64,000 bases of DNA from Eledone cirrhosa (GCA_964016885.1 OZ024742.1:286440001-286504000); one strand, 5' to 3'; positions 24,342 to 37,509 are shown, counted from the first letter of the stretch. Numbers and translations: made by a program. The notes: a model not told the origin generated them from the letters alone.

Positions 24342-27300
24342 TTACAGGCTGATATAGAGAGAAGGCCCATTCACTCGGGCCATTCTCGCCACTTTCACCC
24401 ACCTTTCATAAAACTTGCTGGGGTACAGCACCTCTCTCTCCATCCTGATTCTTCTTCCAAAGTGGTATTTGAAAAAAAGAATCAGTTGTTGGCCGGAGAG
24501 AAAGGTGTCTGACCTCAGCCCTTTCAACCTTGTCCACCATACAACCTCTTTCGCCATAGCTATCACACAAAGGAAAACCGCCTCTCCTTCGTTTTTGAAG
24601 GAGGGTGGCGGTTTGATCATGACAATGGACTCGGTGGTCAACTGGATTGGTCCCACCCGCGACAATAGTCGTTCTACATAGCCCCACAGGTCAGTGACGC
24701 CCGGGCTGTGTATGAATGCGTGCGCGACGGTTTATTCGTCTCGCACGCACCTCGGACAGATCTTTTTTGCAGGGTCCCTGCCCGGGCGCCCATGTCTGTA
24801 GAGCTTGTCTCGAACTGGTAGAGCTCCTCGGTAGCACTGCCAGGCCAGGGACTTTTGGAAGTTGTCCATCGGTCCCGGGCGGAAGGTCCTACCGAACAGA
24901 CTGGCCAGTTCATCTTCCTCTACGCCTAGAGTTTCACCGAGCGCGTCGTCGCACTTGCTGCGGACCAACCCTCTATAGAATGATGAAGTGGAGTCTCCAC
25001 TGATCGCCGGGTCCGCCTGCCAGAGGGCTGTGAGCGCCTGAGCACATTCGATGTGCCAGTCGCCCATTTTCCTCGGTCTCTGCTTGACCCAGGACTGCAG
25101 CTCGGTCAGCGAGACGAGTCGTGGGAAGGCTCGCTTCACGAACGGGGCCCACACCGGTTGTCCGGTGAGGAATACGTAGAGATGCCGCAGCCTGAGCGCG
25201 TGTTTGCGCATCGTCAACCACGGCATCCCCAGCCCTCCGTTAGAAGGGTGTTGGCAGCAGATGGATCTTCTCACCAAAGGAGCCCGCCTCTTCCAAAGGA
25301 ATCGGAAGAGCGCGCGCTCCATTTTGGCGAGCGTTTTGGCTGGACAAGGCACGACGGTCAAGCGGTAGTAGATGGCAGACGCTATAAAAGTGTTCGCCAC
25401 CTCCGCTCGACCTTTCAAGGATAGTTTGCACTCGGCCCACTTCTGGGTGAGTGCAAACACCTTGGCCGTCACTTCGTTCCAGTTCTTCTCCATCTGGAGG
25501 TCCGGACCAAACCAGACCCCGAGCAGCTTTACCGGTCCTTCCGTCCAGCGTCCGACGACGCCATCGGAAGGCATCGGTCTGCCTCTCCACGATCCGAGTT
25601 GCAAACCGATGGACTTGTCCCGGTTCAGCTTCGCTCCTGTGAGACTTTCGTATTCCTTTAGTAAGGTGCCGACTTCCTCGATTTGCGAGGCGCTCGACAC
25701 CATTACTGTCACGTCGTCGGCGTAGACCGACGCCGCTTTCCGCAGTCCCGGTTCCAGAGGGATACCCTGCAATAGCTCCAGCTTCCGCAGTAGTGGCTCG
25801 AGAGTCAGTACGTACAGAAGGGAGGAGAGAGGGCATCCCTGTCGAATGGATCGCGTAATATGGAACGGCTCCGAGAGGTAACCGTTCACCTTGACCCTTG
25901 AGCAGATGTTGCTGTTGTGCATTGCAGCAATCCAGCCCCTGAACACGGGTCCGAAGCCTGCTGCCTCGAGCACCGCATCCAGGTAACGATGGTCAACCCT
26001 ATCGAAAGCCTTAGACTGATCCAAGTTGATCAGGGCCCCACCGAAGCCGGGTTTACACCCTACCCTCTCTATGATGTATCGCATGAGGTGGAGGTTGTCG
26101 TTTATGGACCTGGTCGGGATCGCGCATGTCTGCGCTTCTCCCACCAGGTTCTCGACGACAAGCGCCAGCCTCTTTGCCAACACCTTGGCCAAAATCTGTA
26201 ACTCTGTGTTTAGCAGAGTTATGGGCCGGAAGTTGCCTATGTCAACCCCCTTATTCTCGTCCTTCCTGATTAGTGTGACCACGCCCCCGGTTACAGACTG
26301 GGAATTCTCCCGTTCTGTTGCCAGTTGCAGTAGACCGCTTCCAGGAGACCGGAGAATAAGTCCGGCATTGCTACGTAAAATTCGTAGGGTAGACCGTCGA
26401 GACCTGGAGATTTGCGTTTGCCGCATTGGCTCAGCGCGTCCCCTATCTCAGTGGCTGAAATCGGCTTTTCGCAGAACTTCGCCTCGCTGTCCGAGAGTCG
26501 CGGTAGGCCGTCGAGGTATGGACCGAAATCCATAGCCTCTCCCGGCGCGCCGCTCCCCCCGAACAGCCGAGCAAAGTGCCGCTGAAAAGCCGCACACATC
26601 TGCTTCGGCTCACGTATCACGCGTCCGTTTTGGTCCTTCAAAGACCGAATCGTGGACTTGTTGCCACTTTTTGCCTCCGTCACTCGGGCCCAGCTAACAG
26701 CTTTGGCTCCCTCGTTTCCCAGAGCACGTATTTTGCTTCTGACAACGCAGCCCTCGTGCTTTGCGTCGAAGAACTGGTCCAAGGCCGTTCTCGTTGCTAA
26801 CACGCTGGCTACGTTGCCACTTCTAATTGCCTCTTCTACTTTATCTACCAGTTCCTTCTCGGTTCTATTTCTATCTAACGCTAATTCTTTACTAAAAACT
26901 ATCGAGTCTAATCTAGCTGCCCTCTTGAGAGAGTACCACCATCTGTTGTTGACAATGGCCCCTGTCAAGTGCTGTTTAACTAAAGTGCTAATCCGTCTAC
27001 TGTAGGCTTTGATTGTCGGTAACGACAAGTTCAGCTTCCAGTAGCCGGGTCCTTGTCTATGGGTTCTATCAAGGTTGGCCATGCAGGTCACTAGTTTGTG
27101 ATCTGAATAGGCAACCATGAACATTTGTGGACAGCTTAACATGTCCCTATCCTTATTTCTAACTAGAACCCTATCTAGGTACGATCTAGATGTTCCGCTA
27201 CGATTACTCCACGTCCACAGTGGCGCAGTCGGAAAATCTAGTCGATATCTATCGGCCAGGTCAAATCGGTCGATTAACTGTTTGAGGCTGTTACACCCCC

Positions 27301-27777
27301 CTTTATCGGGACATGCTCCCACATAGTCCCAACGTGCATCTAGGATTCCATTCCAGTCCCCCACTAAAAGCAAGGAGCGGGACGTTCCCAGAAAAGTCTC
27401 TAGACGTTTGAAGAAGTCTGGCCGCGGTGTCCCGGATGGGGCATATGCGGCCACCAGCCTGAACGCTCCACCTTCACTACCGTCAACGTCTAGGACCACC
27501 AGTCGACCCTCCGGGTCCAGATGTACCGTCTGTGTTACGAGGCCCAGGTGTTTCCGCAGCAAAACGGCAACTCCGCCCCACCTCCCGGTTAACAGAGAGA
27601 TGCGTAGATCTCAAAGTCATCGAAGATGGGGGCCAGCTGTCGCTCGCCGTGGATCCTGGACTCGCAAATGGCTACCACATCCAAACTGTGCGACCTGAGG
27701 TCGTTTAAGAGTTTGCCCTGTTTCCAGGGCATCCCCAGGCCGCGTACGTTCACACATCCAACTCTTATATTGGTCAT
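24342..27777 (-). pseudogene. Tx1 ORF2 (APE-RT) of copy 3, broken into several frames
   Basis: Fragments 27589-27777, 26291-27562, 24732-26426 and 24342-24665 carry APE, RT (VYADD) and C-terminal motifs. Confidence 0.9.
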
Positions 27778-27810
27778 GTTGGTGCTGAAAAGTTAAAAGA
27801 GGAAAAGAGA

Positions 27811-29130
27811 TCACTCACCCTTCGCCTCCTGGGGACCAGGCCGCACGATTTCCATGGGGGTGTTGGAGGGGTTGTCTGGATGGGTGGTGGTTTCCGGCGG
27901 GGTGGAGACGCAGATGTTTGGTGGGGTGGGGTCTGGTGGGATGGGGGTGTCTGGGGTGGGGAGGCATTTGAGAAGGACGCGGTTGAGTGGTTTCACGCAG
28001 GAATTCCCCACATCCTTCTCAAATGTTTCTTTTAGGGACCTATAAGTTTGTATAGAGACCCTAATCAGTTTAAGGTTCAGTTTTTTGCTATTTTTTATAG
28101 AGTGGGCGAAAGTTTTCCCTTCGGTGAAAACCGAAGGGTCGTTCGTGATGGTCTCCATTAGTGTTTTGTTTTCAGTGTTTATGTAAGTGTAAGTGTAATT
28201 TTCTTGTGTTGTGTTTGTTTTTGTATGTAGTTCTTGTGTGTGCTTTCGTTTTGTTGTAGGTATTTTGTTTTCAGGAGGTGGGGGTTTTGTTTGTGATATT
28301 TTTGTTGTTTGTGTTGGTGGTTGTATGTTTGTGGTAGTGTTTGCTGGTTTTTTGCTTTTGTGATGTCTTTTCTTTCTTTTCGAGCGATGGGGTTCTCCCT
28401 CGTCTTCACTGGGTGATGGCGAGATAGCCTCATCTGTTGTATCGCCTGTGTGATTGGGGAGGAGTATGTCTTGGGGAGCTGTTGTGTCTGTATGTGATTT
28501 TGCAGTGGTTTTAGGTGGAGTGAGGTTGGGTGGGACTGTGTTTGTTGTGGTTATTTTTGTGTGTTGGTGTTGTTGTTGTTGTTGTGGTGGTATTGGTGGT
28601 TGTGTTGTTTTGATGGGTGTCGGCAGAAGAGCCTTTTTTTGGTTCATTAGTTTAGGACAGGAAGCCCTCAGGTGACCCCTGCTAAAGCAATGGTAACATG
28701 AAGGCCGCCTACCCTCAACCGAAAGGTTTATGTAGGTGAGTCCGTCCAGGAGTACACGCTGTGGGATCATAGCTATTCGCTCTGGGTTCATTTGCACCAG
28801 AACTTCAATGCTAGTCCCATTGAATACATCTCTGGGGGACTTTCCTACTGACAGTATTCTGTCTTCATCAAAATTGATGAAGCCGCACAGTATCCACCAT
28901 ATGTTCACCTTTGGTGTGACACTTGTGATTCTGATCTTTTGTGTCCTTTTTCCCATGTATGTAGGGAAAAAGGTGTACAGGTTGGATACAATTGGCGACA
29001 CAGAGTAATTTTGGGCCGTCAATTGATCCTTCATGAGTAGCGAAATACTCCCAAAACGTTTGCTTCTTTGAATGAATGCAATATCATTCATTGAATCTTT
29101 GAAAACCAGTTCAATATCTTTCTGTGACAA
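27811..29130 (-). CDS. Tx1 ORF1 of copy 3 (C-terminal open part; Asn-rich N-terminus continues to ~29555 in another frame)
   Basis: CYHCFSRGHLRASC zinc knuckle; Pro/Thr-rich tail. Confidence 0.8.
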   Translation of the reverse strand: MSQKDIELVFKDSMNDIAFIQRSKRFGSISLLMKDQLTAQNYSVSPIVSNLYTFFPTYMGKRTQKIRITSVTPKVNIWWILCGFINFDEDRILSVGKSPRDVFNGTSIEVLVQMNPERIAMIPQRVLLDGLTYINLSVEGRRPSCYHCFSRGHLRASCPKLMNQKKALLPTPIKTTQPPIPPQQQQQHQHTKITTTNTVPPNLTPPKTTAKSHTDTTAPQDILLPNHTGDTTDEAISPSPSEDEGEPHRSKRKKRHHKSKKPANTTTNIQPPTQTTKISQTKPPPPENKIPTTKRKHTQELHTKTNTTQENYTYTYINTENKTLMETITNDPSVFTEGKTFAHSIKNSKKLNLKLIRVSIQTYRSLKETFEKDVGNSCVKPLNRVLLKCLPTPDTPIPPDPTPPNICVSTPPETTTHPDNPSNTPMEIVRPGPQEAKGE

Positions 29131-29556
29131 TTGGACTGGTTTTCGGGTAGAATTGGAAACTGTCCTAAAAACTATCGTGTTGAGAGCAGTTTCCTTGCGA
29201 ATTTCTACCGGAGAATTGATGCTAAAAGCACCATTTTTAAAAGGTGTTCAGCATTTGTTTATGTCGAGATATATCAATTGTTCTTTCTTTTGAACTTTCT
29301 CCGCAAAGGAGATTTTTGGTTTCTTTGTGGAATCCTTATTGGTGGTGTTGTCATTATTGTTGTTATTGTTGTTGTTATTCTTGTTGTCACCGATGTTGGT
29401 ATCATCCGTATTTTCCTTGGTGTTGTTGTTGTCTTTGATGCTGGTGTTATTGGCGTTGTCTTTATTTTTTTCTTTGTTGTTGTTATCATTGTTGCTTTTA
29501 TCATCATTATTGGTTTTGCTGTTATTTTTGTTGTCATTGAACTGTTTCGTGTCATT

Positions 29557-29604
<48 letters not shown>

Positions 29605-29617
29605 CTCTCGGTCTCTC

Positions 29618-29654
<37 letters not shown>

Positions 29655-29656
<2 letters not shown>

Positions 29657-29751
29657 CTCACTCTCTCCTTTCTTCATCTCTCAGTCAATCTCTCTCTCTC
29701 TCTCTCTTCCTTTCTTCATCTCTCTCTCTCACTTACTCTCTCTTCCTTTCT

Positions 29752-29790
<39 letters not shown>

Positions 29791-29831
29791 CCTCTCTTCC
29801 TTTCTTCATCTCTCTCTCTCTCTCTCTCTCT

Positions 29832-29914
<83 letters not shown>

Positions 29915-29920
29915 TCTCTC
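29655..29920. repeat. (CT)n microsatellite with TTCCTTTCTTCATC subrepeats
   Basis: Direct observation. Confidence 0.9.
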
Positions 29921-30051
29921 CTTACCTTTTCCTCTACTGCAACAGTATTGTTTAGTTTACATAATCATGAATCTTTACACAAGGATATATGCTTAGTTTA
30001 TCTAGATATTTATAATTAATATTAAGTTTAGGTTTTCAGCAATCAAAGGCG

Positions 30052-32710
30052 TCTAGAGTGGCACCCCAACGACTGGCTACACCAGTGGCACATCTAGAGT
30101 GGCACCCCAACGACTGGCTACACCAGTGGCACATCTAGAGTGGCACCCCAACGACTGGTTACACCAGTGGTACCTCTAGATTGGCACCCCAACGACTGGC
30201 TACACCAGTGGCACATCTAGAGTGGCACCCCAACGACTGGCTACACCAGTGGCACATCTAGAGTGGCACCCCAACGACTGGCTACACCAGTGGCACATCT
30301 AGAGTGGCACCCCAACGACTGGCTACATCAGTGGCACATCTAGAGTGGCACCCCAACGACTGGCTACACCAGTGGCACATCTAGAGTGGCACCCCAACGA
30401 CTGGCTACACCAGTGGCACATCTAGAGTGACACCCCAACGACTGGCTACACCAGTGGCACATCTAGAGTGGCACCCCAACAACTGGCTACACCAGTGACA
30501 CATCTAGAGTGGCACCTCAACGACTGGCTACACCAGTGGCACATCTAGAGTGGCACCCCAACGACTGGCTACACCAGTGGCACATCTAGAGTGGCACCCC
30601 AACGACTGGCTACACCAGTGGCACCTCTAGAGTGGCACCCCAACGACTGGCTACACCAGTGGCACATCTAGAGTGGCACCCCAACGACTGGCTACACCAG
30701 TGGCACATCTAGAGTGGCACCCCAACGACTGGCTACACCAGTGGCACATCTAGAGTGGCACCCCAACGACTGGCTACACCAGTGGCACATCTAGAGTGGC
30801 ACCCCAACGACTGGCTACATCAGTGGCACATCTAGAGTGGCACCCCAACGACTGGCTACACCAGTGGCACATCTAGAGTGGCACCCCAACGACTGGCTAC
30901 ACCAGTGGCACATCTAGAGTGACACCCCAACGACTGGCTACACCAGTGGCACATCTAGAGTGGCACCCCAACAACTGGCTACACCAGTGGCACATCTAGA
31001 GTGGCACCCCAACGACTGGCTACACCAGTGACACATCTAGAGTGGCACCTCAACGACTGGCTACACCAGTGGCACCTCTAGAGTGGAACCACAACGACTG
31101 GCTACACCAGTGGCACATCTAGAGTGGCACCCCAACGACTGGCTACACCAGTGGCACCTCTAGAGTGGAACCCCAACGACTGGCTACACCAGTGGCACAT
31201 CTAGAGTGACACCCCAACGACTTGCTACACCAGTGGCACATCTAGAGTGGCACCCCAACGACTGGCTCCACCAGTGGCACATCTAGAGTGACACCCCAAC
31301 GACTGGCTACACCAGTGGCACCTCTAGAGTGGCACCCCAACAACTGGCTACACCAGTGGCACATCTAGAGTGGCACCCCAACGACTGGCTACACCAGTTG
31401 CACATCTAGAGTGACACCCCAACGACTGGCTACACCAGTGGCACATCTAGAGTGGTACCCCAACGACTGGCTACACCAGTTGCACCTCTAGAGTGGCACC
31501 CCAACAACTGGCTACACCAGTGGCATATCTAGAATAACAATCCAACGACTGGCTGCACCAGTTGCACATCTAGAGTGACACCTCAACGACTGGCTGCCCA
31601 AGTGGCACATCTAGAGTAGCACCCTAACGACTGGCTGCACCAGTTGCACATCTAGAGTGACACCCCAACAACTGGCTACACCAGTGGCATATCTAGAATA
31701 ACAATCCAACGACTGGCTGCACCAGTTGCACATCTAGAGTGACACCCCAACGACTGGCTACACCAGTGGCACCTCTAGAGTGGCACCCCAACAACTGGCT
31801 ACACCAGTGGCACATCTAGAGTGGCACCCCAACAACTGGCTACACCAGTGGCACATCTAGAGTGGCACCCCAACGACTGGCTACACCAGTTGCACATCTA
31901 GAGTGACACCCCAACGACTGGCTACACCAGTGGCACATCTAGAGTGGCACCCCAACGACTGGCTACACCAGTTGCACCTCTAGAGTGGCACCCCAACGAC
32001 TGGCTACACCAGTTGCACATCTAGAGTGACACCCCAACGACTGGCTACACCAGTGGCACATCTAGAGTGGCACCCCAACGACTGGCTACACCAGTTGCAC
32101 CTCTAGAGTGGCACCCCAACAACTGGCTACACCAGTGGCATATCTAGAATAACAATCCAACGACTGGCTGCACCAGTTGCACATCTAGAGTGACACCTCA
32201 ACGACTGGCTGCCCAAGTGGCACATCGAGAGTAGCACCCCAACGACTGGCTGCACCAGTGACATATCTAGAGTGGCACCCCAACGAGTATATGCACCAGT
32301 TCACATCTAGAATAGCAACCAAACGACTGACTGCACCATTTGCACATCTAGATGGGCACCTCAACGAGTGGCTGCACCAGTTATACATCTAGATGGGCAC
32401 CTCAACGAGTGGCTGCACCAGTTATACATCTAGATGGGCACCTCATCGAGTGGCTGCACCAGTTATACATCTAGAGTGGCACCTCAACGAGTGGCTGCAC
32501 CAGTTATACATCTAGATGGGCACCTCAACGAGTGGCTGCACCAGTTATACATCTAGATGGGCACCTCAACGAGTGGCTGCACCAGTTATACATCTAGATG
32601 GGCACCTCAACGAGTGGCTGCACCAGTTATACATCTAGAGTGGCACCTCAACGAGTGGCTACATCAGTTATACATCTAGAGCGGCACCCCAATGAATAGC
32701 TGCGTCAGTT
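30052..32710. repeat. 41-bp minisatellite, ~65 copies (TCTAGAGTGGCACCCCAACGACTGGCTACACCAGTGGCACA)
   Basis: TCTAGA recurs every 41 bp (30052, 30093, ...); no unique spacers. Confidence 0.95.
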
Positions 32711-33029
32711 GCGGTAAAGTAGAAACAATTATGAAATATCAAATTTAAGGGGTTCTTATAAGTCTTTTTCTGCCAAGAATTACGACCGGCAGAAAGAGAC
32801 TTATAATTGAAAGACCACTGGAAACATGTTTTACTTTCGTCCGGTCTGATGATTGGCTCTTTTCCTCTGCCAGGAGTTGTGACCAGCAGATAATATCAGC
32901 AATGAAGCGACCAAAGGAAACATTGTTTCTTTGGTTCGATCTGACGATCGGTTATAGGTTTCGTAATATTTGAAGTTCGAATCGTGAGGGAAAGGCTAGA
33001 GAACACTGCTCTAAAAAAAACTATGGGAA

Positions 33030-33349
33030 TTATGGTACTCCGTCGGTTACGACGACGAGTGTTCCAATTGTTACGATCAACAGAACAGCCTGCTCGTGAA
33101 ATTAACGTGCAAATGGCTGAGTATTCCACAGACAAGCATACCTTAACGTAGTTTTCAGGGATATTCACAGTGACACATAATGTGACATTGCTTGCCCTTC
33201 GAATTACAAGTATAACTCATTTTTGCCAGTTGAATGGATAGGGCAACATGAATTAAAGTGTCTTGCTTAAGGACACAACGCGCCGCTGTGATTCGAGCTG
33301 ATAACCTTACGACCTTGAGGTGAATACCATAACCACAAAGCCACGCGCC
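33030..33349 (-). mobile_element. Second tRNA-derived SINE family (degenerate copy at ~43130-43290)
   Basis: Minus strand starts GGCGCGTGGCTTTGTGGTTA (A-box-like), TCGAATC B-box-like, then GTGTCCTTAAGCAAGACACTTTAA conserved-domain-like motif. Confidence 0.65.
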
Positions 33350-33570
33350 TTCACAATGGGAATACGTGAGTAGTAAAGGTGCAGTTGCCTCAAAAGAGGA
33401 TGCGTTTCTTAACCTCAACAATCCTAGCGACCTTCCTTGGCATTATTTTAGGACTAATAATAAATAAAGAAACCATTATTTGAGGACAAATGTTTACAAA
33501 TGAGGACATTTGTACTTTAGCAAAACATTAAATGTATGTGAAGACGATCACAGATAGAGAAATCAACAAT

Positions 33571-33621
<51 letters not shown>

Positions 33622-33689
33622 TCTTTTACTCTTTTACCTGTTTCAGCCATCCGGCTGAGGCCATGCTGGGGCATATATGTGTGTGCATA

Positions 33690-33732
<43 letters not shown>

Positions 33733-33747
33733 ATATATATATGTGTA

Positions 33748-33989
33748 TGACGGGACGTCGCCTGGCGGACCGAGTCACGGAGCACCTCCGGGATATTCGT
33801 CTCGGGGGCAGTTCCCCCATCGCCCGCCACTTTGGTGGCTCTGGACACTCCGCACGCCATCTCACAGTCTGTGGCCTACTCCAGTGCCACGGAACACCCG
33901 CCCATCGCCTTACGGTCGAACAACGAACTATCTTCATCTTACAGACCCACACTCCCCCCGGCCTGAACTCCCCACCCTTGTTCCTTTAG
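33748..33989 (+). pseudogene. Penelope GIY-YIG endonuclease C-terminal fragment
   Basis: [13 protein letters not shown]......PIARHF...GH.....V......[19 protein letters not shown]. Confidence 0.85.
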
Positions 33990-35146
33990 CGTTCGACCGT
34001 CCCCCTTCCCCCACACTTATCCCCCACTAACACCACTAACACACCCCTCCTTTTCACCGCCCACCCCACACTAACAATACTAACACCTCCACTCCACCCC
34101 TCATCTGACCACCCTTCCCCAACTAACATACTAACATCCCTTCCCTACCCTCTTCTCCTCCTCCCCCCTCCTTATCACACGCACACACCCACCGGCACAT
34201 ATATACACGCGCTCACACTAAACACACACCCTACTATCACCACTAACCCTCACCCCCACACCTCCATCCCACCACCCCGCAAATAACCTCACTAACACCC
34301 CCTAACCCCAAGCACACGAACACACGCACCCATTTACACTACCCACCCCACACGCAACTAACATCACTAACACCCCCCAACCCCACGCACACGTACCCAC
34401 ACACCCTTGTACACCACCAACTCTACACACCCTACCACCACTAACCCCCACTCACACCTGCATTCAACCCCTCCCCACCTCCCGTATACTAACACCCACT
34501 AACACCTCTTCATCAAACTACACACACACCAGTACACCACACTCCCTCCATAGAACCACACACACCCTTCTCTCCCCGCTCCACCCACACCCTCGCTCCA
34601 CACTCACTCATCCCACACACCCCTACTAATACACACACACACACACCCTCCTCACTCCAACTTTCACACCTACCCATCCTCGCCCCCTTACCATTCCACC
34701 GACTGCTGCTATGCCCTCTGACCACCTCCCAGCACTAACAGACCACAGCACTCCCACTGCTGACCACTTCCTGTTGCGCGCGCACCCCACATCTCTCCTC
34801 TTCCGACCACCGCTTCATGGATTACCCACACGCAGAAATTGACTTACAACCAATCCACTAAACATCCTTGGAATTTACAAACTGTTCAACCATCCTCTTA
34901 CGTAATCACCTATATAACTCAGCCACACACCCCCAAAAATTTTTTTTCTCCACACGCCACCCACACCCACAACACGCTTAAACCCCACACACACGTGCTT
35001 TCCACCACATATTTACACCCTCAGCCTCCTGATTCCTGGAGTTCCCCAGTGAATTAACAACTCAACAAGGAACTGGGCATATCAGAGTATTGACAATATC
35101 ATACACCTAAACAACATATGTACTTGTCTATACCATACTAATTCAA

Positions 35147-35201
35147 ACTGCCTGAAGAGGTCACAGCCAAAGATGGCTGTCACTGAAATATATATAGCAG
35201 T
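35147..35201 (+). ncRNA. Type I hammerhead ribozyme in the Penelope pLTR
   Basis: ACTGC-CTGAAGA-GGTC ACAGCCA AAGA TGGCTGT CACT-GAAA-TATAT-ATA-GCAGT-AATAAA. Confidence 0.8.
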
Positions 35202-35245
35202 AATAAACGAAGCTAAATTTTAATCATTTGACTTTTATTTAACTT

Positions 35246-35281
<36 letters not shown>

Positions 35282-35295
35282 TATATATGTATATA

Positions 35296-35349
<54 letters not shown>

Positions 35350-35422
35350 TATATTTCTGTATGTATATATGTGTATGTGTGTGTGTCTATGTGTAGACAT
35401 AAATACATACTTAGATAGATAG

Positions 35423-35519
<97 letters not shown>

Positions 35520-36065
35520 TATGTGTGTGTGAGAGTGTATACGTGTGTGTGTGTATAGCGAGGGGAAGGAGCAAGTGAGAGGGAGAGACAGAGTGGAAGA
35601 GGATGGGGGGGGGCAGAAATATATGTAAGGAGCGGAAATATTTGAATTGGAGGTTGCAACCACATAGCGGTCTCTGTTGAGTGGCCAGTCAATCCACAAC
35701 ACTATTATTGTGTTATGTACATCTTTGTTTTGTTTTTTACTGTTTTTTTTTTACTGGGTTTTAGTCATTGGACAACTATTGTGTGTTGTGCTCGGGCAAT
35801 GACTTACAGTTCTAAACAAGAAAAAGTTAAAAGATCCGATCATCAAACGTTTCCGTTGATCTTTCCATTGTTCATAGTATCTGTCAGTCGCATCTCGGAG
35901 TAGAAGAAAGAAATGGAGCTGATCGTAAGATCGGACCAAGGAAACAATGTTTCTTTTTAGGTTTCCATTGTTGATACAATCTGTAGATGACAACTTCAAG
36001 AGAGAAAAGAAGCCGATCATCAGACCGAACCAAAGAAACAATGTTTCCATTGATCTTTCCATTGT

Positions 36066-36500
36066 TAATAATTGTTTTTACCTTTGGCACAAAGCCACCA
36101 ATTACCCATTGCATTACTGGTGCTTTATTTTATCGACCCCGTAAGGATGAAAGGCAAAGCTAACCTCGGCGGGATTTGAACTCAGAACGTAAAGGGTCAT
36201 AACTCTATAACTTTATGCTGCAAAGCATGGTGTCTGACGCTTTACCGATACTGCCAGCCAGTCGCAACTACAGGCAGAAAGAGGCGTGATTTGAACTCAG
36301 AATGTACAAAGCCGCATCAGATGTCATAAATCAACCTGTCCGACTCTTTAACAATTCTGGCAAATCCCACGACCCTGAACTGGAATTTATTCATCGACCC
36401 CAGTACGTTACTGGTACTTTATTTTATCGACCATGTAAGGAAGAAAAGCACGGTTGACCGCTGCGGGATTTGAACTCAGAGCGAAGAGAGCCGGAACAAA
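36066..36500 (-). mobile_element. Cluster of Nin/Deu-like tRNA SINE copies
   Basis: Same motifs as 9777-10154. Confidence 0.75.
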
Positions 36501-36967
36501 GCCGTTTTAAACGAATATACCAATTTAGCGCGTTTGTAAACAATAAATAATAAATATTATTATTTTGAAATCTCCAGGAAGATGTTAAAAATGAATAAAT
36601 AAATAAAAAGTAAAATGGCGCCCGAATGAAATGTGTGTGGAATGTCGTTTTGAGGAGTGGGACATCCTGTTCAATGGCGGAAGTCTTTCTATTACTGATA
36701 CATAATTATGAATAGCTGTCTTTTCTTTCTACGCATACAACATAACACACAGCACTTTACAGAATGTATAAACGTATATACACTCACTAAACACACAATG
36801 TTGGGCGTCTCGTCACATTGCTCTAATTCATTACTCATTCCCTTTTTTTTAAATCCGTGATTTGGGTGGTGGTGTTTTGTTTTCATATATAGATTTCTGT
36901 GTTTATTTACTTTCTGGTTGTTATATGGGTGCGTGTGGTGTGTGTGTGTGTGTGTGCGTGTGTGTGG

Positions 36968-36969
<2 letters not shown>

Positions 36970-37025
<56 letters not shown>

Positions 37026-37136
37026 CCACACACACAGTAATTATATATATGTTGTAATTATATATATATATGTATACACACATATATATGTATACACATA
37101 TATATGTATACATATATATATCTATATATATATATG

Positions 37137-37226
<90 letters not shown>

Positions 37227-37260
37227 TATGTATACATATATATATCTATATATATATATG

Positions 37261-37318
<58 letters not shown>

Positions 37319-37379
37319 TATGTATACATATATATATATATACACACACATATATATGTATACACATATATATGTATAC

Positions 37380-37441
<62 letters not shown>

Positions 37442-37459
37442 ACATATATATATATATGT

Positions 37460-37509
<50 letters not shown>

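Larger units (their letters stand above)
24104..29556 (-). mobile_element. Tx1-like non-LTR retrotransposon copy 3 (5'-truncated inside ORF1)
   Basis: ORF1 and ORF2 homologous to copies 1 and 2; flanked by (GATA)n at 24031-24103 and 29557-29603. Confidence 0.92.
33748..35245 (+). mobile_element. 5'-truncated Penelope-like element (GIY-YIG C-terminus, C/A-rich 3' region, HHR-bearing pLTR)
   Basis: Endonuclease fragment, 1.1-kb C/A-rich tract, HHR, AATAAA, flanked by (TA)n. Confidence 0.82.

Noticed and set aside
13172-29568. Numerous antisense and alternative-frame ORFs within the Tx1 elements
   Set aside because: Shadows of GC-rich or low-complexity retrotransposon ORFs
30052-32710. CRISPR-like appearance of the 41-bp repeat
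   Set aside because: Units are contiguous with no unique spacers, there are no cas genes, and the context is eukaryotic
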